64,000 nucleotides of DNA from Roseburia hominis (GTDB lineage Bacteria > Bacillota_I > Bacilli_A > RFN20 > CAG-826): positions 33,576 through 97,575 of the forward strand of contig CAVIFQ010000001.1 of assembly GCA_963642055.1 (NCBI GenBank). Reading direction: 5' to 3'. Shown here in pieces: positions 37,809 to 47,970 of this stretch (position 1 is the stretch's first letter; each line of letters starts with the position of its first letter). The translations under genes and the position numbers were made by a program. Under the pieces are notes generated by a model. The model saw only the letters and a list, made by a program, of their open reading frames with translations. It had not been told where the DNA came from and made no database searches.

Positions 37809-38822
37809 TTATTTGTTCTTGCTCTTCAAGAGGTCTTCGTAAGCCTTTTTAAGCTCGATTCCGATCTTGTCTAAGCTTCTTTCTTCAGCCGTCTTATAGC
37901 CGTTTTCGAGTATTTCCTGATTGTCCCCCATCTCGAGTAACGAAGAGAGAATAGAGGCAAACTCGTCGACGTTTTTGCCCATGTGGCAGTTATATCCATC
38001 CTTAAGCCAAGGATCATAAACCCCGATGGAGCGGACTAGAAGCGGCGTCTTGCAGGCGAGAGCTTCAAGCGTCACGATGCCCTCGGTCTCTTCGCGCGAA
38101 GGGAAGAACATACAGCTCGCTAAATGGTAGGAGGCTTTGATAAGGCCGCCGGAGATATAGCCAGGCATAAGCACATTATCGGGCTTATGACGGATCTCGC
38201 GACGTATATCAAGCGACTGGGCGATCGCCGGGAGATGCCCAAACCAGATGAATTTGATGTCGGGGAATCTTCTCGCGACTTCAAAGAAATCGTCGAGCCC
38301 TTTCCTGATGAAGGGGAAACCAACGCCCATCACAAAGCGCTCTTTATCAGCGATATGGAACCTCTCCTTGAAGAGTTTGATATCTTCCTCGTTCCTCTCG
38401 TATTCCTTGGGGTTTATGCCGTTGGATATCGAAATAACGGGAGCTCCGAGATTATAGCCTTCGATGAGTTTCTTCGAATACGGGGTTGGAGTGATGATTA
38501 AATCCGCCAAAGAGTACATCGTATCGAGTTGACGGTCAAAGTACGGCTCGATGATCTTCCAGCAGCGGAATGATTCTCTCCAGTCTTCGTGGGTGCTGTG
38601 CCCGTGCACAATCAAAGGGATGCCCTTTTTCTTGCAGGCTCTCGCTACCCTTTCGCTTTTGCTCCAGAGGGTATTCACGTGAGCGAGGTCATAAGTGTCG
38701 CTCGGGTCATAAGTGATCTCGACCCCCGCTCTTTTTAAGGCTTCGGTTTGGTGCTTTTGGGCGCGACCGATGCCGCTGTTGTTTATTTTGTCGTAATCCT
38801 GGTAATAAAGAAGGACCTTCAT
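37809..38822 (-). CDS. GT4-family (GT-B) glycosyltransferase, diacylglycerol glycolipid-synthase-like
   Basis: 337 aa. The N-terminus MKVLLYYQDYDKINNSGIGRA... and the C-terminal E(x7)E-type region (SREETEGIVTLEALA) resemble membrane glycolipid synthases of Gram-positives and Acholeplasma. Confidence 0.7.
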   Translation of the reverse strand: MKVLLYYQDYDKINNSGIGRAQKHQTEALKRAGVEITYDPSDTYDLAHVNTLWSKSERVARACKKKGIPLIVHGHSTHEDWRESFRCWKIIEPYFDRQLDTMYSLADLIITPTPYSKKLIEGYNLGAPVISISNGINPKEYERNEEDIKLFKERFHIADKERFVMGVGFPFIRKGLDDFFEVARRFPDIKFIWFGHLPAIAQSLDIRREIRHKPDNVLMPGYISGGLIKASYHLASCMFFPSREETEGIVTLEALACKTPLLVRSIGVYDPWLKDGYNCHMGKNVDEFASILSSLLEMGDNQEILENGYKTAEERSLDKIGIELKKAYEDLLKSKNK

Positions 38823-38826
38823 AGGC

Positions 38827-39471
38827 TTATTTCTCTTCCATGATGGAGACGCTTGCGGAGCACCCGATTCTATTGGCGCCCGCCTTAATAAGCGCGAGCA
38901 TCTCTTCTTTCGTATGGATGCCGCCGGCCGCTTTCACGCCGATATAGGGCCCAACCGCTTTTCTCATGATGGCGACATCTTCAACGGTCGCTCCGCCTTT
39001 GCCAAAGCCCGTGGAGGTTTTCACGAAGTCCGCCCCACCTTTCGCGGCGGCTTTGGAGCATTCCTCGATTTCCTCTTTGCTCAAGTAGCAGTTCTCGAGG
39101 ATGACTTTGAGGGTTTTGCTGCCGATGGCCTTTTTGACCATCCTGACTTCTTCTTCGATGAAGGCGTAATCATGCTCTTTGGCCATCGAGATATTCTGGA
39201 CCATATCGACTTCATCTGCCCCATCGCTGACGGCGATCTTCGCTTCTTCGGCGATGGCTTTCGGGGAAGAGGCGCCAAGAGGGAAGCCCACGACCGTGCA
39301 GACTTTAACGTCGCTCCCCTCGAGGAGCTTTTTGGCGACTTTGACGTAGAAAGGGTTCACGCAGACGCTCATGAAATCGTATTTTTTGGCCTCTTTGCAG
39401 AGTTTCACGATATCGGCGATTTTCGCATCGGCGTGCAGATTTGTATGATCGAAAAATTTGTTGTATTGCAT
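38827..39471 (-). CDS. deoC: Deoxyribose-phosphate aldolase
   Basis: 214 aa with a class I aldolase pattern, including the Schiff-base Lys in FVKTSTGF. Confidence 0.9.
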   Translation of the reverse strand: MQYNKFFDHTNLHADAKIADIVKLCKEAKKYDFMSVCVNPFYVKVAKKLLEGSDVKVCTVVGFPLGASSPKAIAEEAKIAVSDGADEVDMVQNISMAKEHDYAFIEEEVRMVKKAIGSKTLKVILENCYLSKEEIEECSKAAAKGGADFVKTSTGFGKGGATVEDVAIMRKAVGPYIGVKAAGGIHTKEEMLALIKAGANRIGCSASVSIMEEK

Positions 39472-39526
39472 AAATTTATCTCCAAGCGTTATTTTACCGC
39501 TTCTCGCCTTTTCTTCCTAATAAAAG

Positions 39527-39545
39527 AAAAAAGGGCTTGCGCCCT
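39527..39545 (-). terminator. Rho-independent terminator after rpmF
   Basis: Short stem AGGGC / GCCCT, followed on the minus strand by TTTTTTC. Confidence 0.55.
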
Positions 39546-39553
39546 CTCTTCTT

Positions 39554-39739
39554 TTAGTCTTCTTTCTTGTGGTGAACGATTTCCTTGCCCTTGTAATATC
39601 CGCATTCCGGGCAAACGGTGTGGCTATCGATCAAGGCACCGCAGTGATTGCAGACGGTTTTGCCGGTCACTTCAAGCTTGAAGTGGGTTCTCCGCAATCT
39701 CTTTCTCGTTTTCGAAGTTCTTCTTTGTGGTACTGCCAT
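39554..39739 (-). CDS. rpmF: 50S ribosomal protein L32
   Basis: 61 aa: [19 protein letters not shown]... with a CxxC...CxxC zinc ribbon. Confidence 0.9.
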   Translation of the reverse strand: MAVPQRRTSKTRKRLRRTHFKLEVTGKTVCNHCGALIDSHTVCPECGYYKGKEIVHHKKED

Positions 39740-39766
39740 TGCTCTTTCCTCTCTTTCGACTCGGTA

Positions 39767-39794
39767 ATTATAGATAGAGAGGAGCCAGAGTCAA
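39767..39794 (-). promoter_or_regulatory. Strong sigma-A-type promoter for rpmF (TTGACT-16 nt-TATAAT)
   Basis: The -35 lies at 39789-39794 and the -10 at 39767-39772 on the minus strand. Confidence 0.65.
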
Positions 39795-39870
39795 TATTCG
39801 TTTAGACAATGTCAAAAGAATTCGCATTTTCTTTCGATTGCTCAGTTAAGCAATCCGCAATATCGGAATG

Positions 39871-41154
39871 TTAATCAGCCCGGTTATCTTTGGTATAGAC
39901 AATCTTGAGGACTTCACCTCTAAGAGGGCGATTGGAGGGGATACGGACATGGATATAGGATGAGGTGTGCCCATATGCGTAGCCATTCTTATCTTCCTCG
40001 AAAAGCACTTCCACTTCTTTGTTATAGAAAGAGGACTCATAACTTTCTTGGAGGTCTTTGGCTAGAGCGAGCAGTTCATGCACGCGGCGATTCTTCGTCG
40101 AAGGATCGATTTGATCTTTCATGGAAGCCGCGAGAGTCCCGGTTCTCGCGCTGAAAGGGAAGACATGGATTTGGCTGAAGCGCGCTTTCTTAACAAAAGA
40201 AAGAGTCTCTTGCCACTCCTCTTCGCTTTCCCCAGGGAAGCCGACGATGATGTCGGTAGTGATCGCAATATCGCTTTTACTTGCCCTTAAAGAAGAAATA
40301 GTGTTCAAGAAAGCCTCGGTATCGTAAGGCCGGTGCATTCTTTTTAGGACCGAGGAGCTCCCACTTTGAAGAGGGATATGGACGTGATTAGCGAGCGCAG
40401 GATAAGTGAGCAATAATTCATTCAATTTCGGGGTTATTTCGGAACTCTCGAGACTCCCTAAACGGAGGCGGTATAAAGATGGATTCTCTTTGAGAATATC
40501 TTCGGAGAGCTCAAAAAGATCGCATGGCTCCTCTAGATCGAGCCCGTATTTCCCGATATGGATGCCAGTCAGGACGATTTCTTTGTATCCTTTCTCGACG
40601 AGGTTTTTGCTCTCGAGCAGGACGCTTTCTTTGCTGCGGCTTCGGCTATTGCCGCGAAGTGAAGGAATAAGGCAATACGAGCAGAAATTGTCGCACCCGT
40701 CCTGGATTTTGAGGTACGCCCTAGTCTGGGAAGAAAGAGCGATTTGCCCCATTTCCTCGAACTCTCTTTTCCTATCGCCTTTTTTCACATCGACGATTGG
40801 CGAAACTTTCTCTCCGCTTTTTAAAGCCGAGATATAAGTGATGATGTTGTTTCTTGAGGAGGTGCCAACCACGATATCGGCGCCCATCGAGGCGACGTCA
40901 TTCGCATGCTCTTCGCTGTAGCAGCCCATGACCACAAGCGTGGCTTTTGGGTTCTCTCTTCTTAATTTCCTGATGTGCTGGCGGCTTTTTTGGTCAGCCA
41001 CATGCGTCACTCCGCACGTATTGATGACGATAATGTCGGCACTTTCTGGAGAATCAGCTTCCGAATAAGAGGAAAGAAGGAACTGCTCGCGGAGAGCGTT
41101 CGTCTCGTAGCCGTTCACCTTGCAGCCAAGGGAGAATAGATAGAACTTCATCAT
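39871..41154 (-). CDS. mtaB: tRNA t6A37 methylthiotransferase MtaB (radical SAM)
   Basis: 427 aa with an N-terminal UPF0004 domain (LGCKVNGYE), a radical-SAM CDNFCSYC motif and a C-terminal TRAM-like region. yqeV position next to rsmE. Confidence 0.85.
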   Translation of the reverse strand: MMKFYLFSLGCKVNGYETNALREQFLLSSYSEADSPESADIIVINTCGVTHVADQKSRQHIRKLRRENPKATLVVMGCYSEEHANDVASMGADIVVGTSSRNNIITYISALKSGEKVSPIVDVKKGDRKREFEEMGQIALSSQTRAYLKIQDGCDNFCSYCLIPSLRGNSRSRSKESVLLESKNLVEKGYKEIVLTGIHIGKYGLDLEEPCDLFELSEDILKENPSLYRLRLGSLESSEITPKLNELLLTYPALANHVHIPLQSGSSSVLKRMHRPYDTEAFLNTISSLRASKSDIAITTDIIVGFPGESEEEWQETLSFVKKARFSQIHVFPFSARTGTLAASMKDQIDPSTKNRRVHELLALAKDLQESYESSFYNKEVEVLFEEDKNGYAYGHTSSYIHVRIPSNRPLRGEVLKIVYTKDNRAD

Positions 41155-41915
41155 CTGCTCTCCTTTTTCCGGTATTCGGAGAGAAAACGGAGCGAGATGA
41201 AGCCGTTATCGAGCAAGGAGGAGATAAGGGCCTCTTTATCGCCGTAAAAATAAGCGTCCACCACTTTCTCAAGCCTTTTGCTCAAATGGGTTTTGACCAC
41301 TTTCTCGAGGTACTTATCGAATAAAGCGAGTTTGGCGTCCACTCGCCCCTGATCATTGATGAAATAGAGAGTATCCGCATCGTAATCGAAGAAGGCGGCT
41401 ACGCCATTTTCTTCCTTTATCTTCACGAGTTTCGTGAAATAGGAATCGTAGATTTTATAGCCATAGTAGTCGAAAGTGTCGATGAGGAGCGGCTCATAAG
41501 TCGAAAGCAGCTGCTTATAGGGCTGCTTCCCGAGTTTAGAGAAATCGTGGCCGTAGATTTTGTTTATCGAGACGGGGAAAGAAGGGATATAGATGCGTTC
41601 ATCTTCATATACCATATAAGGCAATTCGCTCATCCCGAGGCTCATGAATTCCTCAAGGGGCAGATAATCGTCCTTGTTCTTTTTCCGGCTCTTCTCGTAA
41701 TAAAGCTTCTCGATGGTCTTTTTGTTTAATAGACCCCTGATAAGGATATTCGCTCTCGCAATCAAAAAGGGATCGGAGGCTTTTAGGTATCTGCTGTAGC
41801 CTTCGATACCGGTAAGAAGGACGCGGTTTTCGATGAAAAAGCGCATCTCATCGCTTTGGAGGAAGGTCGTCTCTTTTTGCTTGGACCCTAAAAAATCATA
41901 AAATGACACGCTCAT
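41151..41915 (-). CDS. Hypothetical protein (no recognisable domain)
   Basis: 254-aa ORF translationally coupled on both sides (4-nt overlaps with rsmE and mtaB). Coding-like composition. Confidence 0.5.
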   Translation of the reverse strand: MSVSFYDFLGSKQKETTFLQSDEMRFFIENRVLLTGIEGYSRYLKASDPFLIARANILIRGLLNKKTIEKLYYEKSRKKNKDDYLPLEEFMSLGMSELPYMVYEDERIYIPSFPVSINKIYGHDFSKLGKQPYKQLLSTYEPLLIDTFDYYGYKIYDSYFTKLVKIKEENGVAAFFDYDADTLYFINDQGRVDAKLALFDKYLEKVVKTHLSKRLEKVVDAYFYGDKEALISSLLDNGFISLRFLSEYRKKESR

Positions 41916-42634
41916 TGCTCATCTCCGAAAGCGCCTAATAAAGCGGCAACATAGATACTCGCGCTTTCGGCGCGGAGGATCCTTTTCCCTAGGCTTATCG
42001 CCTTAAATCCGCTTTTTTCGGCCTCTTTCACTTCTTCTAGACTCCACCCTCCTTCAGGTCCCACGAGGACGATGACTTTTGCCCCTTTAGGTAGAGTCAT
42101 CGCTTCTTTAAGAAGGCTATTGCTCTTCATGGCCTCGCCTTCATAAGCGATGTATTTATAGGAGAAACCCTCTTTTAAGACGGAGGAAAAAGAGGAGACA
42201 TCATGGACGATGGGGCACTCTAGGCGCTTGCTTTGTTCCGAGGAAGAGAGAGCGATTTTCCGATATCGCTCGTTTTTCTTGGCTCTATCTTTCTCATTTG
42301 GCAAAGAGATGATCGAGTATCTAGAAAGAAGCGGATAGAACTCCTCTACCCCCATTTCCGTGCCTTTCATAACGACGAAATCATCGTGCCCACCTTTTAG
42401 GAGCGAGAAGCCGATGGCTAGATGGAAAGAACTTTCGCGGTCTTCGTTTTTGAGAGCGACATCGCTCAATAGAAAAGGGTCTAATGACGCGATTTTCGCT
42501 TCGTATAACGAGCCATCCGCCACCACTTGGATCACTTCGCCTTTCTTTAAACGTAAGACGGAACGGATATGGAAAAGGGTCTCATCCGAAAAAAGGAACC
42601 CCTTATCGTCTTTTTCGCAAAAGAAGCGGTTCAT
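41912..42634 (-). CDS. rsmE: 16S rRNA (uracil1498-N3)-methyltransferase RsmE
   Basis: 240 aa with an N-terminal PUA-like region (H..VLRLK.GE) and a C-terminal SPOUT knot (GPEGGWS..E...LG.RILRAE). Confidence 0.85.
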   Translation of the reverse strand: MNRFFCEKDDKGFLFSDETLFHIRSVLRLKKGEVIQVVADGSLYEAKIASLDPFLLSDVALKNEDRESSFHLAIGFSLLKGGHDDFVVMKGTEMGVEEFYPLLSRYSIISLPNEKDRAKKNERYRKIALSSSEQSKRLECPIVHDVSSFSSVLKEGFSYKYIAYEGEAMKSNSLLKEAMTLPKGAKVIVLVGPEGGWSLEEVKEAEKSGFKAISLGKRILRAESASIYVAALLGAFGDEQ

Positions 42635-43068
42635 TAATGGAGGAACTCCCCGTTGTTATCTTTAAGCGAATCATTGCCTTTAAGGACGAAGCCAAGAATC
42701 AAATAAAGAAGGTAAAGAGCAAAGAAAGGAATGAGAAAAGCCCAGGCGTTAGATAGACAAGTGAAAAATAGAAGGCAGCCTATTCCGCCGATAATGACGA
42801 GAGAAGAGAAAAGGGCGATAAAGCCTTCTTTTTTCTTCCCGATGTAGAAATAAGGAACCCCGAAAAGGCCGAGAGTCATCATGAGGATGACCATCGTCTT
42901 CTTCGATTTGCTCTTATATAGCTCGTATTCCCCGCTTAAGGGATCGACGAACTGGGTGACATCCTTCGTTTTATAGGAAGATTCGATGGGATCTTTCTCC
43001 CCGCAGTAGGGGCAGACGTCCGAATCGAATTTGGAGATATTGCGGTGACAGTTTTTGCAAGTTGGCAT
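42634..43068 (-). CDS. Zinc-ribbon plus TM2-domain membrane protein
   Basis: 144 aa with an N-terminal CxxC...CxxC followed by hydrophobic helices carrying the TM2-like GLFGVPYFYIGKKKEG motif. Confidence 0.55.
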   Translation of the reverse strand: MPTCKNCHRNISKFDSDVCPYCGEKDPIESSYKTKDVTQFVDPLSGEYELYKSKSKKTMVILMMTLGLFGVPYFYIGKKKEGFIALFSSLVIIGGIGCLLFFTCLSNAWAFLIPFFALYLLYLILGFVLKGNDSLKDNNGEFLH

Positions 43069-43106
43069 AGGAGTAGTATAAACGAGTCGATAGAGAAAGG
43101 AGAAAA

Positions 43107-43130
43107 GAAAAAGGAAGAATTCTTCCTTTT
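43107..43130. terminator. Perfect palindromic bidirectional terminator downstream of dnaJ
   Basis: AAAAAGGAAGAATTCTTCCTTTT: an A-tract and a T-tract flank a GGAAGA/TCTTCC stem. Confidence 0.6.
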
Positions 43131-43161
43131 AGAGAAGAAAGAGCCCTGCTTTCGCAGAGCC

Positions 43162-44298
43162 CTATTTCTTGAATTTGCCCCAGAAGCCTTTCTTTTTGTT
43201 GCCTTCCTCAGCCTGGAACTGCTTGAGGAGCTCTTTCTGGGTATCGGATAGATCCGTTGGAGTAGTCACCTTGATATGGAGATATTCGTCCCCTGGTTTC
43301 TTGCTTCTAAGATCTTTGACGCCATAGCCACGGAGCTTCAACACCTCATTGGGCTGGGTGCCAGCTGGAATCGAGGTTAGGGTTGGCCCATAGACCGTAT
43401 CCACATTGACTTTCACCCCGAGCGCGCAGTCGATGAAGGAGAGGGAGAGATCGATATGGATATCGTTCCCGTCTCTCCGGAATTTCTCGTCCGGTGCCAC
43501 CGCCACTTCGACATATAGGTCGCCATTCTCACCGCCGTTATATCCGCGGCCGCCTTTTCCGCTCACGCGGATTTGCTGGCCGTTATTGATGCCGGCGGGA
43601 ATATTGACCTCGAGGTCGCGATGGATGCGGTGATATCCGCTCCCTCCGCACTCGTGGCATTTGGTTTTGCAGATTTTGCCCTTGCCTCCGCAGCGCGAGC
43701 AGACGCTCTGCCCTTCCATCGGCCCGAAGATCGTGCTGGTGCGGGTTTTCACCACCCCGCTCCCATGGCAATCGGGGCAAGTCACAAGATCATTTGGATC
43801 TTCGGCGCCCGTTCCGTGGCAATGCGCACAAGGCTCATCATAAGTGACGGGAATTGTGATTTTCCGCCCATTGATGGCGTCCATGAAGGAGATCTTGACG
43901 CGATAAATCGCATCATCCCCTTTTCTTGGCCCGCTTCTCGCGCCTCTAGAAGAAGCCCTTCCGCCGCCGAAGAAGCTTTGGAAGATGTCATTCAAATCGA
44001 CATCGCCGAATCCTTCGCTCGTGAAGCCGCCCCCAAAGGGGTTGCCCGCTCCGCCGGTCGAGGAGCCATCGCCGAATCCGGCAAAGCCGAACTGGTCGTA
44101 TTGGCGGCGCTTATTATCGTCATAGAGGACGTCATAGGCCTCTTGGACCTCTTTGAATTTCTCCGGGGCGTCCGGAGAGTGGTTGATGTCAGGATGGTAT
44201 TTCTTCGCGAGTTTGCGGTAGGCGCTTTTGATTTCGTCTTTGGTCGCGGTTTTGTTTATGCCAAGAACCTCATAATAATCGCGTTTCTCTTTTGCCAT
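43162..44298 (-). CDS. dnaJ: Chaperone DnaJ
   Basis: 378 aa with a J-domain (HPD), a Gly-rich linker and four CxxCxGxG zinc-finger repeats. Confidence 0.95.
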   Translation of the reverse strand: MAKEKRDYYEVLGINKTATKDEIKSAYRKLAKKYHPDINHSPDAPEKFKEVQEAYDVLYDDNKRRQYDQFGFAGFGDGSSTGGAGNPFGGGFTSEGFGDVDLNDIFQSFFGGGRASSRGARSGPRKGDDAIYRVKISFMDAINGRKITIPVTYDEPCAHCHGTGAEDPNDLVTCPDCHGSGVVKTRTSTIFGPMEGQSVCSRCGGKGKICKTKCHECGGSGYHRIHRDLEVNIPAGINNGQQIRVSGKGGRGYNGGENGDLYVEVAVAPDEKFRRDGNDIHIDLSLSFIDCALGVKVNVDTVYGPTLTSIPAGTQPNEVLKLRGYGVKDLRSKKPGDEYLHIKVTTPTDLSDTQKELLKQFQAEEGNKKKGFWGKFKK

Positions 44299-44370
44299 AT
44301 TGACCTCCTTATTTACGCAAGATTAGGCGCCCCCAGAGGAGCGCCTAAAGATAATGATGGTATTTCTAGA

Positions 44371-46188
44371 TTAAGCTTTCTTGTCGGTGAAGTCGGCATC
44401 GACCACATCGTCTGGGCCTTCATTGCCCTCAGCTTTCGCGCCGGTTGAACCAGCGGAAGATTGAGCCGAATAAGCTTGCGCGGCCGCATCTTCGAGCTTT
44501 CCGACGATCTCGCGGAGCTTATCGATGTCGTTGGCCTCAATCGCTCCTTGCGCTTCATCGCGGAGCTTGGTGAGCTGATCTTTTTGCTCAGCGGAGAGTT
44601 TATCGCCGTTTTCCTGGAGCGTGCGGTTAATCTGGTCAACATAGCTTTGGGCTTTGTTCTTGACCTCGATATCGCCTTTGCGCTTCTCGTCGGCCGCCTT
44701 ATTCTCCTCAGCTTCCTTGACCATGCGGTCGATATCCTCTTTCGAGAGGCCGTTGCTGCCGCTGATCGTGATATCGCTCGCCTTATTGGTGTCGAGATCT
44801 TTCGCGCTGACTTTCACGATGCCGTTGACGTCGATGCTGAAGGTGACTTCGATTCTTGGCTCGCCTCTACGTGCCGGTTTGATGCCGGTGAGCTGGAAGT
44901 GACCAAGGAGTTTGTTATCGTGAGCCATTGGGCGCTCGCCTTGATAGATGACGATGTCGACGGCTGGCTGATTGTCTTCCGCGGTCGAGAAGATTTGGCT
45001 CTTCGTGGTCGGGATCGTGGTGTTTCTTGGGATGAGCGGAGTGAGCACGCCACCGAGCGTCTCAATACCTAAGGTAAGAGGCGTGACATCGAGAAGAACG
45101 ACGTCTTTGACGTCTCCGGCGATGACTCCGCCTTGGATGGCGGCGCCGATGGAGACGGCTTCATCTGGGTTGACGCTCATATTCGGCTTATGGCCGGTGA
45201 CTTTCTCCACCATCTCTTGGACGGCTGGCATACGGGTCGAGCCGCCGATGAGAAGGACGCTGCCTAGATCGCTGTAAGATAAGCCAGCGTCTTTGAGCGC
45301 TTTCTCCATCGGGAGTTTGCATCTCTCTAAGAGATTGCGGGTGAGATCCTGGAATTTGGCTCTTGTGAGTTTGCCTTCATAGGAGATAGGTCCATTCTTC
45401 CCCATGCCGATGAATGGGAGTGAGATCGTGGCCTCAAGCGAGCTAGAGAGCTCGATCTTGGCTTTCTCGGCCGCATCGAGGAAACGCTGTTGAGCCATTT
45501 TGTCGTTGAGATCAACGCCGGATTCGATCTGAATCTGGGCGTGGATCCAATCAGCGACGGCTTTATCCCAGTCATCGCCTCCTAGAAGCGTATCGCCGCT
45601 CGTGGAGAGGACTTCGAAGGTGCCATCGCCGATATCGAGGATGGAGACATCGAAGGTGCCGCCGCCTAAATCGAAGACGAGCACTTTCTCGCTCTTATCG
45701 CTCTCTAAGCCATAAGCAAGACAAGAGGCGGTTGGCTCATTGATGATACGGACGACATCTAATCCAGCGATGGTGCCGGCGTCTTTGGTCGCTTGACGCT
45801 GAGCGTCATTGAAGTAAGCTGGGACGGTGATGACGGCCTTTTTGACTTCGTGGCCGATCGATTTCTCGGCGTAAGATTTCATGTACGCGAGCACTTTCGC
45901 GCTGATTTCTTGCGGGGTGAAGTCCTTATTGATGCAGCCGATGTGGAACTTGTCCGAGGTGCCCATTTTGCGTTTGGCGCTTCTGACGGTATCGGGATTG
46001 GTGATCATTTGGCGTTTGGCCGCATTGCCGACGATTTCTTCTCCGCTCCCTTTGAAAGCCACGACCGATGGGGTGGTGTTGGTGCCCTCGGGGTTCGGGA
46101 TGACCTTGACTTTGCCGTCGTCCTGAACGTAGCTGATGACGCTGTTTGTGGTACCCAAATCGATACCTACGATGATTTCCTTTGCCAT
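44371..46188 (-). CDS. dnaK: Chaperone DnaK (Hsp70)
   Basis: 605 aa with [10 protein letters not shown] and DLGGGTFD motifs. Confidence 0.97.
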   Translation of the reverse strand: MAKEIIVGIDLGTTNSVISYVQDDGKVKVIPNPEGTNTTPSVVAFKGSGEEIVGNAAKRQMITNPDTVRSAKRKMGTSDKFHIGCINKDFTPQEISAKVLAYMKSYAEKSIGHEVKKAVITVPAYFNDAQRQATKDAGTIAGLDVVRIINEPTASCLAYGLESDKSEKVLVFDLGGGTFDVSILDIGDGTFEVLSTSGDTLLGGDDWDKAVADWIHAQIQIESGVDLNDKMAQQRFLDAAEKAKIELSSSLEATISLPFIGMGKNGPISYEGKLTRAKFQDLTRNLLERCKLPMEKALKDAGLSYSDLGSVLLIGGSTRMPAVQEMVEKVTGHKPNMSVNPDEAVSIGAAIQGGVIAGDVKDVVLLDVTPLTLGIETLGGVLTPLIPRNTTIPTTKSQIFSTAEDNQPAVDIVIYQGERPMAHDNKLLGHFQLTGIKPARRGEPRIEVTFSIDVNGIVKVSAKDLDTNKASDITISGSNGLSKEDIDRMVKEAEENKAADEKRKGDIEVKNKAQSYVDQINRTLQENGDKLSAEQKDQLTKLRDEAQGAIEANDIDKLREIVGKLEDAAAQAYSAQSSAGSTGAKAEGNEGPDDVVDADFTDKKA

Positions 46189-46203
46189 AATTAATTTTCC
46201 TCC

Positions 46204-46833
46204 TTAGGCCTTTTTGGCCTCTTCTTTGGTAGAATCGTCTTTCGTTTCTTCTGCTTTTTCCGCCTTCTTCTTGGTGACAGTCACCATGGCTGGGCGGATG
46301 AGCCTATCCTTCAAGTAGTAACCTTTTTGATGGATGATCGCTACTTTGTTAGGTTCTTCTTCGCTCTCCACTGTATCTATCGCGTGCATGAATTTCTCGT
46401 CGAAGGGGTCCCCCACTTTCACGGAGGCTTCTTTCACGCCTTCATTCACGAGCGCATTCACGAGCTGGTTATAGATATAGGAGAAGCCGATCTGATAGTT
46501 CTTCGCTTCCTCGCTGTTGGTTTTGGCGCCTAAAGCGATATAGAAGTTGTCGAGGGCTGGGATAATCTCCTCTAGGAAGCCCGCGGCGCGGTATTTGAGG
46601 GCCTCGGCGTGGTCTTTCTCGAGTGATTTCCGCAAGTTTGCCAAATCGGCATAAGCCTTATAGTATTCGTTTTTCCATTTGGCGCTTTCTTCTTGCGCCT
46701 CCTTCAAGTTTTTCTCGAGCTCTTCCTCTTTCGAGAGCTCTTTTTTATTCTCGGCTCCTTCTTTCACTTTTTCGTCGTGGTCGGCGAATTCTTTTTCGGA
46801 GCATTCGTTTTCTTTGTTTGCTGTTTCTGACAT
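46204..46833 (-). CDS. grpE: Nucleotide exchange factor GrpE
   Basis: 209 aa with a GrpE C-terminal pattern (GDPFDEKFMHAI, YYLKDRLIRPAMV). AAAGGAG SD 7 nt upstream of the ATG at 46833. Confidence 0.9.
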   Translation of the reverse strand: MSETANKENECSEKEFADHDEKVKEGAENKKELSKEEELEKNLKEAQEESAKWKNEYYKAYADLANLRKSLEKDHAEALKYRAAGFLEEIIPALDNFYIALGAKTNSEEAKNYQIGFSYIYNQLVNALVNEGVKEASVKVGDPFDEKFMHAIDTVESEEEPNKVAIIHQKGYYLKDRLIRPAMVTVTKKKAEKAEETKDDSTKEEAKKA

Positions 46834-47852
46834 TGACTATCTCCTTTCTTCGCGGTGCCGAAGTACTCATCGATCGCATCAGCGAAGTACTTGACGGTGG
46901 CCATCACTTTCTCGTAGTCCATCCGGGTAGGCCCTAAGACGGTGAGCGAGGGATTGCCTGGGAGATTCAAGTCGCAGCTAACCACGGCCATATCCCCGAT
47001 CCCTTCTTTCTTTCCGATGCGGACTTTGACTCCGCTTTCCGCTTCCTTTCCTCCTTTGATGGCCTCGCGGAAGGCTTTCGGATTCTCGATGAATTCGAGA
47101 AGCTTTCTTAATTTCGAGGCATCATCGGCGAATTCCGGCTGATTGAAGAGGGCGTCTTTCCCGTAGAGCTGGATCCTCTCGCCCGTGAATTTCACGAACG
47201 CCGAGAGGAGAGCCTCATACACCGCTTTCTCGCCGACGTAATAGTCTTTGAGGGCTGGCTTCATGGCCTCCATCTTGGGGACGATCTCGCTGATGCGGGT
47301 CCCAACGAGCCTGTCGTTGAGCTCTTTCACCATCTTCTGCACCTCTTCGAGCGGGAGCTTGTCCTCGACGATGAAGGTTTTGTTCTCGACATACCCTTTA
47401 TCGGTGACGAAGACCGCGGTTGCGCTGTTGGGAGAAAGAGGGATAAGCTGGACGGAGGCGAGTGATTCCTCGGCGCTTTCAGGTCCTAAGACGACGGAAG
47501 CGAGGTTAGTCATATGGGAGAGTATTTCGCAGCTCTCCTTCATCACTTCCTCAACGGATTTCGCTTTCTCGGTCAAGACGCTCGCTAGAGCGTATTTGAT
47601 CTTATCGTCAACGGAGTTTTCGCGCAGATGATCGACGTAATATTTGTATCCTTTTTCCGAGGGCACGCGTCCGCCCGAAGTATGCATCTTCTCGATCATT
47701 CCGTCTTTTTCAAGGGCGTTCATCTCGTTGCGGATGGTCGCGCTTGATACAGATAAGGAATAAACCTCAAGGAGCGTCTTCGATCCGACGGGCTCAGCGG
47801 TCCGGATGAAATATTCGACGATGTATTTCAGTATCTCATCGCGTCTAGTCAT
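46764..47852 (-). CDS. hrcA: Heat-inducible transcription repressor HrcA
   Basis: 362 aa with an N-terminal winged helix (R...IL..IV..Y....EPVGSK.L). CIRCE elements lie upstream. The 3' end overlaps grpE by 70 nt. Confidence 0.9.
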   Translation of the reverse strand: MTRRDEILKYIVEYFIRTAEPVGSKTLLEVYSLSVSSATIRNEMNALEKDGMIEKMHTSGGRVPSEKGYKYYVDHLRENSVDDKIKYALASVLTEKAKSVEEVMKESCEILSHMTNLASVVLGPESAEESLASVQLIPLSPNSATAVFVTDKGYVENKTFIVEDKLPLEEVQKMVKELNDRLVGTRISEIVPKMEAMKPALKDYYVGEKAVYEALLSAFVKFTGERIQLYGKDALFNQPEFADDASKLRKLLEFIENPKAFREAIKGGKEAESGVKVRIGKKEGIGDMAVVSCDLNLPGNPSLTVLGPTRMDYEKVMATVKYFADAIDEYFGTAKKGDSQCQKQQTKKTNAPKKNSPTTTKK

Positions 47853-47868
47853 CGCTTTTCTCCTTTCC

Positions 47869-47895
47869 TTAGCAATCTCGCTTTGCGGGTGCTAG
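47869..47895. promoter_or_regulatory. CIRCE operator, proximal and degenerate (TTAGCAATC-N9-GGGTGCTAG)
   Basis: 15/18 matches to the TTAGCACTC-N9-GAGTGCTAA consensus. It lies between the -10 box and the hrcA start. Confidence 0.6.
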
Positions 47896-47900
47896 GAAAC

Positions 47901-47928
47901 ATTATAGAGGCCCTTTTAGCACTGTCAA
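47901..47928 (-). promoter_or_regulatory. Sigma-A-type promoter of the hrcA-grpE-dnaK-dnaJ operon (TTGACA-16 nt-TATAAT)
   Basis: The -10 lies at 47901-47906 and the -35 at 47923-47928 on the minus strand. The -35 sits in the spacer of the distal CIRCE. Confidence 0.7.
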
Positions 47929-47942
47929 CATGGAAGTGCTAA
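47916..47942. promoter_or_regulatory. CIRCE operator, distal (TTAGCACTG-N9-AAGTGCTAA)
   Basis: 16/18 matches to the CIRCE consensus, with a correct 9-nt spacer. Confidence 0.85.
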
Positions 47943-47970
47943 ATTTTTGCGATTGGCAGAAAAAGGCCGT

